Assembly (NCBI GenBank): GCA_964016885.1
Contig: OZ024742.1
Location: forward strand, 339,574,001 to 339,638,000
DNA: 64,000 nucleotides
Direction: 5' to 3'
Source: Eledone cirrhosa
Lineage: Eukaryota
A program made the position numbers and the translations under genes. Below are positions 28,134 to 38,439 of the stretch, piece after piece. The notes below the pieces were generated by a model that searched no databases, had not been told where the DNA came from, and saw only the letters and a program-made list of their open reading frames with translations. Numbering within the stretch: position 1 is the stretch's first letter; the number at the start of each line of letters is the position of its first letter.

Positions 28134-28589
28134 TTTCGTTTGTTGAATAAAGGAGTAAGTGACATAGTTACTACTTTAAATAATAGCGCAAGGTCTTCAA
28201 AATGTTTTTAATTAAGCATACGGTATATTGCCAAATATACTATACATATATTCATATATTTAATAATAATAATAATAATTGTTTCTACTTTAGGCACAAG
28301 GCCAGCAATTACCCAGTGCATTACTGTAATAATAATAATAATGTATATATATATATACATACGGGAAGGTGGCCCGTTAAATATTCAAAATTAAGTGACA
28401 AACACATACATACACGCACATGCATGGAATATACATATATACTTACATACATACATGGATCTACGTCGTTTCTAACGAGGAGCATGGGTGGATTAAGGGA
28501 TGGGTGAATAAACTGCTGCCGGTGAGTGGGGATGGATTGAGTGTAGGTCTCAACATATTTAACAGGTTCCAAATTATTTTTTCACTACA

Positions 28590-29160
28590 ATATAGAAGGC
28601 CAACAATTGTTTCGACGGGAAAAGTCGATTAAATCAACTCTAGTGTATTACTAGTATATTATTTTATCGGCGGTGGATTGGCAGTATCGGTGGAGGGTCG
28701 GACGCCATGCTTTGCAGCAAAGAGTTACGGCCCTTTACGGTTTAAGTTCAAATCCCGTCGAGGTTAACTGTCCCTTTCATCCTTACGGGGTCGATAAAAT
28801 AAAGTTCCAGTAATACACTGGGATAATTGCTGGCCTTGTGCCAAAAGTAGAAACATTTATTTTATCGACCCCGTAAGGATGAAGGCAAAGCTAACCTCGG
28901 CGGGATTTGAACTCAGAACGTAAAGGAGTGACGTAACTATATGCCACATAGCATGTGCCGATTTTTCCAATCCATCGCCTTAACATAAATAATTTTTCTA
29001 CATTTAATATAACTGTTTTGAATAATGATTTCTAGTATAGGCACAAGGCCAGTAATTTGGAGGGAGGGGAAAGTCGATTGAGTCGACTCCAGTACGTTAC
29101 TGGTACTTTTTTTATCGACCCCTTATGGATGAAAGACAAAGTTAACCTCGGAGAGATTTG
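28590..29160. mobile_element. Cluster of tRNA-derived SINE fragments in both orientations
   Basis: Recurrent GGCACAAGGCCAGCAATT, TTTATCGACCCC..GGATGAAAGGCAAAG and B-box-like GTTCAAATCC. The same family is at 59.1 and 61.7-62.7 kb. Confidence 0.8.
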
Positions 29161-29519
29161 AAACCTGTTGGACCCCTACGAAATTTTCACCAGTCATTCC
29201 ATGCTATGTTAATCTGCCTATTCATGAACTTAGCCTGTATGAGGCTGAGGTTCCCTAAAACCCGTGTAACTTTAATATAGTTCTTAAGGAGATACAACGT
29301 AACACAGTGTGTAATAAGACAGTTCCTTTCGTTTATATGTTGCGTCTATTTCATGGATTTCAAGCTTCGGTTTACAAAATTCCACTCACAAGACTTAGAT
29401 CAACACACACACAAACACATATGTATATATATGTATATATATATATATATGTATGTACATGTAAATATATACTCATAACATACATATATATGTGTATATA
29501 TATATGCATATATATATAC

Positions 29520-29584
<65 letters not shown>

Positions 29585-30049
29585 TCTGTTCTTGTACATT
29601 GAGCTAACACAATACTGCCATAATACAGTACGGTGCGTGCGTGTTTATGCACATACGCTCCGTGCTTTACGTAAGTAAATAAATAAATAAATATATATAT
29701 ATATATATATATAAATGCATACACATATACATATATCATACACACATATATATATATACATACACACATACATACACATATAGATACATACATACATACA
29801 TACATACATACACATATATGCAGAATTATCGGTAAAAAAAAAGTAAAGTGCTTTCTTATACAGGACGTGTGTCATACAGTCTCGCTATACATCCGGTGGA
29901 AGTGATACCGGAAGTTAGGTTAAGTGTTATGTATCCCAACATGCCCCATTCCCACCACACCTCTCAGTGTAGTGTAAGGGAAGATGGACGAGAGAGAAAG
30001 TGAAAACAATCGTATCAATATATCCATAATTATCATCCAGAACAAGGTC

Positions 30050-30925
30050 AATAACAGCAACAACAACAGTAACAGCGATGACCACTACCACCACTACCAC
30101 CACCACTACCACCACTACCACCACCACCACCACCACCACCACCACCACCACCACCACCACTACCACCACCATCACCACCACCACCACCACCAACAACACT
30201 ACCACCACCACTACTACCACCACCACTACCATCGCCACCACCACTACCACCACTACTACCACAACCACCACCACCACCACAACCACCACCACTACCACCA
30301 CTACTAAAACCACCACCACCACTAACACCACCACTACCACCACCACCATCACCACCACCACCACCAACAACACTACCACCACCACTACTACCACCACCAC
30401 TACCATCACGACCACCACTACCACCACCACCACCACCACCACCACCACCACCACCACCACCACCACCACCACTACTACTAAAACCACCACCACCACTAAC
30501 ACCACCACTACCACCACCACCAACAACGCTACCACCACCACTACTACCACCACCACTACCATCACCACCACCACTACCACCACCACCACAACCACTACCA
30601 CCACCACCACCACCACCACCACCACCACCACTACCACCACCACCAACAACAACAACAATAACAGCACAGACGACGACAACCACCACCACCACCACCATCA
30701 CCACTACCATCACCACCACCACTACCACCACCACCATCACCACCACCACTACCACCACCACCACCACCACCACCACCACCACCACCACGACCACCAGCAC
30801 CACCACCACCACCACCAACACTACCACCTCTACTACTACCACCACCACTACCACCACCACTACCACCACCACCACCACTAACTCCAACAACAACACAAAC
30901 TCCAACAACAACAACAGTAACAGCA
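30050..30925. repeat. (CAC/CTAC)n repeat with an internal ~174-bp duplication
   Basis: Marker CTACTAAAACCACC..CTAACACC at ~30301 and ~30475. Confidence 0.92.
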
Positions 30926-31126
30926 GGAAAACAATTAGAGGTTAATCGATGATTTTATTCTGAAAGGTTGAATGAAGATGGGGTAGGGGGGACACGTGTT
31001 GTGTGGGAAAAATACCGTCAGCTGGGTTATTGAGAAGTTGTTGAGGCAACACAATCACAGCGTGTCACTGGATAACTGTGTTGTGTGTGTGTGTGTGTGT
31101 ATGTGAGTGTGTGTGTATATATATAT

Positions 31127-31302
31127 CCAGAAATAGCCGTGTGTGTATATATATATATATATATCCAGAAATAGCTGTCGAAATGGCTTGAGCTCTGCCG
31201 TCGGGGTCATACTTTTTCTTATTTCCCACTCTACTACCCTAAGTATTGAGTACTCTGGTGCGTTATGGTCCATCTGGTTCCTTACCACAATTCCTTCGTT
31301 AT
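31127..31302 (-). repeat. Partial copy of the hairpin-ended repeat family
   Basis: Reverse-complement match to 35102-35240 (CCATAACGCACCAGAG..GGGTAGTAGAGTGGG..GAGCTCAAGCC). Confidence 0.85.
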
Positions 31303-31876
31303 ATATGTGTATATGTATATATATATATATATATATATTGTGGAACCAACCAACCAACCAGAAATTTATAAGTTTGTAGATTTGTAAATTTATAAATTTA
31401 TAAATATATAATAAATTGAAGTGAAAGCAACTGGTGCGTGTGTTTCTTATTGGCAACATGACCCTCCCAAAGTATAACAATATATATATGTATATATATA
31501 TATAATATATATATATATATATAATATATATATATATAATATATATATATAATATATATATATATAAGTAGAAGGGGTATTTAATTTGTTGGAAATCCGA
31601 CAAAGATAAATGTTTATAACTGATTTAGAGCACTCAACAAGTTCCTGGAGTAAATATTCAATGATATTAAATATCGTCTCGCGAGATGGCTCTTTATATA
31701 TATATATATATATATATGGAGGAAGTTATAGTTCACTTGAAGCATTGTGTAACGAGGTATAAACGTTTGTATATGTAAAATAAAGCCAAAACAATGCAGG
31801 TATGGACATAGAATAAAGAATGCAAATGCAAAAGATATTGTTGACAATTAGTCTTTTACCTTAGATTTATTTAAAT

Positions 31877-31916
31877 GTCCTTAATTTTCGAGATAATATC
31901 TCTTCTTCGGAGGGAA
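31877..31916 (-). ncRNA. Minimal hammerhead variant (CCGAAGA core)
   Basis: CCT-CCGAAGA-a-GAGAT(att)ATCTC-GAA-AATT-A-AGG. Confidence 0.55.
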
Positions 31917-32328
31917 GTAAAGCGGTTAAACCAGTGTTCTAAATAGCTTGCCAAGTCATGCTGACAGGAAATGGTATAGAGTATCTGTTCTATCTCTAAT
32001 GTCAAAGAGTTAGGTTAGGTGGATAAAGAGTAGTCTCCCTTTAAAAGGGTTTTTTTTTATTTTTTACATGCCTGTTTAAGTGTGTGGGAGAATGCATGAA
32101 GGTGTAAGTATGTGAGTGTGTGTGTGTGTGAGGGTGAGAAGATATGTCTAGACGTAAATGTGGGGGATAGATGTTATCTCGTGTTAGAACTGGTCTTTGT
32201 GTGTGTATGTGTGTGTGTGAGAGAGAATAATTGGAGGTGTAAGCGCGTGTGTGTGTGTGTGTGTGTGCGTGCGTGCGTGTGTGCGTGTGTGTGTGGGGGG
32301 GGGTGTAAATATGGGGCTAGATGCTCTA

Positions 32329-32712
32329 TCAAGTTATAAATTGGGTGTTGAGTTCTAGTCTATTATTGATTGGTGGTTGTGTTTTGTCTATAATTAGTGC
32401 TTCCTTAATTCTAAGATTGCCGAGGTTTCTTTCCTTAGTTTCTATCCTCACTGTTATGGTTTTGTCGGTGTTTTTGCATTTAACTAGGTGTTTCTTAAAT
32501 GAGGAAACGTTAGTATTGAAGGTGCTCTTTTATTCTTATGTGGAGTGGTCTGGTGGTGCTACCTACGTAGAAGTTGCTGCATTTGTCACACTCTAGTCTG
32601 TATACGACGTAAGCCTGGTGGCATAGGTCTGTGTCGTTGATGGGGCAGTTTGCTAGCCTGCAGCAGTTGTCATGTCTGGTGGAGTGTCTTTTGGTTAGCT
32701 GTCCGCGTAGAG
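32329..32712 (-). pseudogene. PLE GIY-YIG endonuclease remnant (frameshifted)
   Basis: Homologous to the C-terminus of the 33994-35065 ORF (CPI..C, VVY..CDKC..YVG, LRIKEAL). Confidence 0.88.
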
Positions 32713-32852
32713 AAAAACACCCTTTTAAAGGGAGACTACTCTTTATCCACCTAACCCAACTCTTTGACATTAGAGATAGAACAGATACTCTATACCATTT
32801 CCTGTCAGCATGACTTGGCAAGCTATTTAGAACACTGGTTTAACCGCTTTAC

Positions 32853-32892
32853 TTCCCTCCGAAGAAGAGATATTATCTCGAAAGTTAAGGAC
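32853..32892 (+). ncRNA. Minimal hammerhead variant, mirror copy
   Basis: CCT-CCGAAGA-a-GAGAT(att)ATCTC-GAA-AGTT-A-AGG. Confidence 0.5.
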
Positions 32893-33004
32893 ATTTAAAT
32901 AAATCTGAGGTAAAAGACTAATTGTCAACAATATCTTTTGCATTTGCTTTCTTTATTCTATGTCCATACCTGCATTGTTTTGGCTTTATTATACATATAC
33001 AAAC

Positions 33005-33064
<60 letters not shown>

Positions 33065-33071
<7 letters not shown>

Positions 33072-33245
33072 GTGTATTTTGCAATACACTGTATGCTTAA
33101 TTAAAAGAATTTCGAAGACCTTATGCAAACAGGTTCGCTGAAAATTGAAGTAAGAGAGTCTGTCACTACTCTAAAACAATAGCATAAGGTCTTCGAAATG
33201 CTTTTAATTAAACGTACAGTGTATTGCAAAATACACTATATATAC
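33065..33245. repeat. About 62-bp inverted repeat with a ~55-bp spacer, flanked by TA-rich sequence
   Basis: TATAGTGTATTTTGCAATACACTG..GAAGACCTTATGC / GCATAAGGTCTTC..CAGTGTATTGCAAAATACACTATA. A related single arm is at ~28185-28245. Confidence 0.85.
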
Positions 33246-33278
33246 ATTCATATATATGTAGCTATTTCAGAGCACCAA

Positions 33279-33356
<78 letters not shown>

Positions 33357-33497
33357 GTAGTTTAGAAAGCCACAACAATGCAGATGGGAAATCTCGAGGT
33401 AGGAAGTGAGTGAGAAATAGGAGAAAAGTGAAAATTGAGAGAAACGAAAAAACGAAAACAAAACAAAGGTAGAAGGGTTACCGTAGTGGAGATTTAA

Positions 33498-33534
33498 TCC
33501 CAATATTTCGGGCTCACGCCCATCAACGGGGGGA
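33498..33534 (-). ncRNA. Divergent minimal hammerhead-like motif
   Basis: TCCCC-CCGTTGA-t-GGGC(gtga)GCCC-GAA-ATAT-T-GGGA. The architecture is intact but the core deviates at positions 4 and 6. Confidence 0.45.
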
Positions 33535-33887
33535 AAGTTCCAAGGGGGGGGGGAACAGGCTAAGCCGGAGAAAGTTGTATTGTCGTTAAAACATAGGAAT
33601 GCCGTTATGGGGAAAAATTCAAACGAGGGAAAGAATGCGCGTGCGCGTGATAGGCTGTGGCAAAAGCTACTGACCAATTGGGTTAAATCAATAGGGTGCG
33701 CTAGCGTGTGAAAGCCGTAAAATATGTGTGTGTAAATATATATGTGTGTGTAACTGTGTGTGTATATGTGTATGTGTGTATGTATGTGAGTGTGTGTGTG
33801 TGAAAGATAGTGGGCCGTAGAAGCTGGAATTCAAAGGGTGTGAAAGGTGGTAGGTTGTATAAACATGTGTGCGTGTATAAATATAGA

Positions 33888-33927
<40 letters not shown>

Positions 33928-33993
33928 GGTATACATATAAGTGCGTGTGTGTGAAAGATAGTAGGCCGTAGGGGCTGTTAGTGGTCACTATGG

Positions 33994-35055
33994 TTAGATC
34001 AGCCATGTGAGCTCATTTCTCTCGGCCCGGTTGTTAAGTGGGTGTCTGAGGTTCTTAATAACAAGTGCTTCCTTTATCCTTAAGGATCCGATGCTGCGTT
34101 CAGTCGCTAGGACTGTGACCAAGGGTCTGCCCTGTGGGTTTCCGCATTTAAGGATGTGTTTACGGAAGGAAGATGCGTCGGTGTTGACATGTTCCTTGAT
34201 ACGAACATGTAGGGGTCGGATGGTGCTACCTATGTAAAACTTGTTACATTTATCGCATTGAATCTTATATACGACATAGGTGCGTAGGCAATCTGCCCCC
34301 CGTATCGGGCAGTTGCTGAGGGAACACGTCCCATCCGACTCGTCGGGTTTGGTGGAGAGGGATCTTCGGAGCGAAGGTCCTGTGTGGGCCAAATGTATGT
34401 CAAGTCCCTCCCTCCGTATGGCCCTGCGGATGGCGTTCGTGGTATATTCACTCAGGTGAGGGATTTTAAAGAAGCACCTGCTTTTATCTAAGTTTCTAGT
34501 GGGTGTCTGTCTATTGGGTCTGGGGTCTCTAATTCCGTTAATCAGTCGCTTGGGATATCCATTAGACATGAGTAGATTACGGAATTGCGTGGTATGGGTG
34601 AGACCACCCATCGGGTCGCTGCATCTATTAGTGATCCGTGTAAGTTCATTTAGGACATAGCCTCTCTTAGCGTTGTTGGGGAGGGCTGAGTTGTAATGCA
34701 CAAATAAGTCCTTGCACGCTGCCTTGCGGTAGAAGGTGGTGTTTATGTCTCCTTCTTCCGAGATGTTGATACGGAAGTCGAGGAGGGCGAGTGACCCGTC
34801 TTCTTCAGGGTGTTCGATGGTGAAATCGACGTGATGGTCAGTGTCGTTAAAGATTTTGTGAATTTCATTCGCCATCTCCCGGGAAGAAGTGAGTATCAGT
34901 ATGTCATCAACGTATCTGGAGTAGAAGGCGACGGCGTTGGGTTGGAAGGTGTTGAGTGCCTTGCGTTCCAGGTGGTCCATGTACGAGATCGCAAGTATGC
35001 CGGACAGACTAGAGCCCATAGGTAGCCCAGAGATCTGTTTGTACGTGTGGCCGAG

Positions 35056-35065
<10 letters not shown>
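33994..35065 (-). CDS. PLE reverse transcriptase (partial) + GIY-YIG endonuclease; uninterrupted but 5'-truncated
   Basis: YKQISGLPMGSSLS, RYVDD, LLDFRI, FYRK..HYNS, Cys-rich linker CSLSNCPIRGADC and YVVYKIQCDKCNKFYIGST..RIKEH. The N-terminus in the ORF track is (TA)n read-through. Confidence 0.92.
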
Positions 35066-35101
<36 letters not shown>

Positions 35102-35105
<4 letters not shown>

Positions 35106-35302
35106 CGAAGGAAGTGTGGTAAGGAACCAGGTGGTCCATAACGCACCAGAGTTCTCAATACTTAGGGTAGTAGAGTGGGTAATAGGAAAATATTCAAGAC
35201 CCCGATGACAGAGCTCAAGCCGTTTCGACGGCTATTTCTGGACTCCAGAAATAGCCGTCGAAACGGCTTGAGCTCTGCCGCCGGGGTCTTGAATATTTTC
35301 CT
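35102..35302 (+). repeat. Hairpin-ended repeat family (~80-bp stalk + ~120-bp palindrome)
   Basis: AGGAAAATATTCAAGACCCC..TTTCTGGA-c-TCCAGAAA..GGGGTCTTGAATATTTTCCT. Confidence 0.9.
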
Positions 35303-35434
35303 GTAAATATATATATATATATTGTCGATCGACTTTCATCAAATCGGACCGAGGAAACAATGTTTCCGTTGGTTTTTCCAATTGCTAATACTATCTATCC
35401 GTCGCAACTCCAGGTAGAAGGAGTAAAGGGGAAA

Positions 35435-35490
35435 TAAAGTGTCTTGCTCAAGGAGAAAACGCATCGTCCGGTGCAGGAATCGAACTGACT
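35435..35490 (-). mobile_element. SINE fragment of a second family
   Basis: Minus strand GTTCGATTCC (B box) followed by CCTTGAGCAAGACACTTTA. Confidence 0.6.
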
Positions 35491-35509
35491 ATACATATAT
35501 ATATATATA

Positions 35510-35963
<454 letters not shown>

Positions 35964-36045
35964 TTATTCCAGGTTGAATCGGAGGTAACCACAGTAAGTA
36001 AGGTACCCAATACATAGCAGAGTATAAAAGTTTTAATATAGAAGA

Positions 36046-36090
36046 GCTTCTACAGGTCTAGAACTGTTTCATTCGTGAGAAATCATCAGG
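36046..36090 (-). ncRNA. Hammerhead-like motif with a canonical core but no stem I
   Basis: CTGATGA-tTTC(tcac)GAAt-GAA-ACAG(ttctagac)CTGT-A; near-palindromic stem III, GUA site. Confidence 0.55.
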
Positions 36091-36124
36091 TGTAAATCAG
36101 ACAAAGTTGGAATCCCTTTTATTA

Positions 36125-36169
<45 letters not shown>

Positions 36170-36195
36170 CACCCACGCACAACCAAACAAACATA

Positions 36196-36309
<114 letters not shown>

Positions 36310-36495
36310 TATATATGCTAATAATTTTCTGTTATTTTAATATATATATATATATATATATATTTTTATTAGGGTTAACATTGATGCAATTCAATTCAAG
36401 CACTCAACGTACTTTTTCCACATAGGAGTGACGGAGTAAATATCGAATAAGTAAAAGCGAAGTACTTTCAGATGTTCAAGTCCTTTAATAATAAT

Positions 36496-36569
36496 GCTGT
36501 GATATATATTTCAATGACGACACTGGCCACACTGTTCTGTGTGCGAGTGTCGTGACATCATCAGACAGC
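36496..36569 (-). ncRNA. Type I hammerhead ribozyme (mirror copy)
   Basis: Reverse complement of 36772-36845. Confidence 0.8.
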
Positions 36570-36771
36570 TTGTTACATAATAAGGTTGTTTCCGAGGCAA
36601 TCCAAATTGAATCGACATGGGAACGGATGAAGTTCGTGCTTTTGGGTTTTTCATCCGTTCCCTTGCGGGTACTCACAAGGGAACGGATGAAAAACCCAAA
36701 AGCACGAACTTCATCCGTTCCCATGTCGATTCAATTTGGATTGCCTCGGAAACAACCTTATTATGTAACAA

Positions 36772-36845
36772 GCTGTCTGATGATGTCACGACACTCGCAC
36801 ACAGAACAGTGTGGCCAGTGTCGTCATTGAAATATATATCACAGC
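36772..36845 (+). ncRNA. Type I hammerhead ribozyme
   Basis: Stem I GCTGT/ACAGC; CTGATGA; long stem II ACGACACT/AGTGTCGT plus CACAC/GTGTG; GAA; palindromic ATATATAT; AUC site. Confidence 0.8.
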
Positions 36846-36915
36846 ATTATTATTAAAGGACTTGAACATCTGAAACTACTTCGCTTTTACTTATTCTATA
36901 TATATATATATATAT

Positions 36916-37015
36916 AATCAGTTGATTACATCGGGTGGTGATTGTCTTTGCGCCTGAATTATGTATAATCATTGAAACCTATATATATATATATATATAT
37001 ATATAATCATTGAAA

Positions 37016-37089
<74 letters not shown>

Positions 37090-37150
37090 TTTCAATGATT
37101 ATACATAATCCAGGCGCAAAGACAATCAGCGCCCGATGTAATCAACTGAT
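36916..37150. repeat. About 65-bp inverted repeat around a (TA)n centre
   Basis: AATCAGTTGATTACATCGGG..TGAAACCTA / TAGGTTTCA..CCCGATGTAATCAACTGATT. Confidence 0.9.
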
Positions 37151-37800
37151 TTGCGAGGTGGAATGGAAATAATGCTTAATCCAGGGATTATTCATATATA
37201 TTCCATTATTACTGGAAATCAAAGTAAACAACAATCTGTTGAATTGGAACATGTAGACGCAGTTTAACGGCCGTTTCAGAACAATCATGCTCGCAGCTCT
37301 AGCACCACGCAAAGTTTTATATACAGATAACTGCATAAGTAAGTTTGGCTGAACTCAGTGGGTAATGTCACATCTTCACACTAGTAAACAGAATGAAATG
37401 AAAAAAAAAAAAAGTCATTCTGTCCCATCGAACAAATACAATGTTGTTATATATCCCAGATAATATTAAATCATGAAAAAATACACAGTATGAACATATA
37501 TGTAACATGAAAAGTGAAAATAAAAATTGAATCAAATTAGATTAAAATAAATACAGTGCTACTTTTTCTGTTTGACTAAATATTATGTTCTCTATTATTT
37601 TTATGTGATTTTATTCTAGAGGTAAGAAACTTTCAGGAGAGCTGCAGAACAGAGGATCTCAAAAAGAAGAACCTCCTTAAGCAAGTGTTTCAGCCCTTAA
37701 CTTCTAGGGGCGGATAAACACTTGCTTGAGGAGGGGTGTTAACCTAGGAATATATTTGAGTATTTTGAAATAAAAAGGGGGAGAAAAAAAACATACGTTA

Positions 37801-37835
<35 letters not shown>

Positions 37836-37882
37836 TAGATAGATATATATAGACACACGCATGTTTTTTTTTCTTCCCTGAG

Positions 37883-37917
<35 letters not shown>

Positions 37918-38064
37918 GTCATCACACGTGTGCAAAAATATAGAAATATAAAATAATACAATATTAAATCTCAGAGGAGAACGAAATAACGAAGGGTTAA
38001 TTAAATAAAGAATTAGATAAATTAAGTATATAAAATCCTGCTTTGAACACATGATAAAGCAATG

Positions 38065-38412
38065 AGCTCTCCCGCGTCTCGAATAATCGCTCGCACCCCA
38101 ACACCTATTAATTTTTCAGATTTTTTCCAATGCTCCCACTCAATATGTAAACTAAACGACTAATTCTGGTTTTAAAAAACTTAACGGAGACAACCTAGAA
38201 AAATTATTGATTTTCCACTCCCCACTTATTGCACGCCCCGTTTATTCCACTCCCGCTTATTCCACCCTCCGCTTATTCAACCCCCGTTTATTCCACTCTC
38301 CCGTTTATTCTACCTCGTCCATTATTATTTTGGACCCGAGAATGTATAATTTTTACCCGAGAGTGTATAATTTACACCGGCGAGTGTATAATTTAAGCAC
38401 CGAAGTGTATTG
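38065..38412. repeat. Short tandem arrays (CCCGYTTATTCCA, ~16 bp x6; GAGWGTATAATTT, ~21 bp x3-4); possibly a DNA-transposon end with subterminal repeats
   Basis: The repeats are visible at 38215-38315 and 38337-38412. The transposon-end call is by resemblance only. Confidence 0.55.
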
Positions 38413-38439
38413 AAAAATTAATAAATAAAAAAAAAATAA

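Larger units (their letters stand above)
31758..33011 (-). mobile_element. Truncated Penelope-like element with inverted pLTR copies (31758-32055 and 32713-33011)
   Basis: GIY-YIG remnant YVVYRLECDKCSNFYVGSTTRPLHIRIKEH on the minus strand, between two ~300-bp near-identical inverted repeats that each carry a hammerhead-like motif. Confidence 0.9.
33350..35065 (-). mobile_element. 5'-truncated Penelope-like retroelement flanked by (TA)n on both sides
   Basis: RT C-terminal half + GIY-YIG ORF, CA-rich 3' region and a terminal segment with a hammerhead-like motif. Confidence 0.93.
36445..36896. repeat. 452-bp near-perfect palindrome (226-bp arms, no spacer)
   Basis: Centre at 36670/36671. The arms are reverse complements with few mismatches. 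Confidence 0.97.

Noticed and set aside
28360-28375. ACGGGAAGGTGG match to the satellite monomer
   Set aside because: A single 12-bp match is compatible with chance.
29927-30914. Poly-Thr, poly-His, poly-Val and poly-Gly ORFs
   Set aside because: Translation of (CAC)n.
35200-35265. Hammerhead in the hairpin-ended family (CCGATGA..GAAA)
   Set aside because: The core is not conserved in the other copies, and there is no stem I or stem III.
36485-36856. Twin 79-aa ORFs on opposite strands
   Set aside because: A by-product of the palindrome, with no protein motifs.
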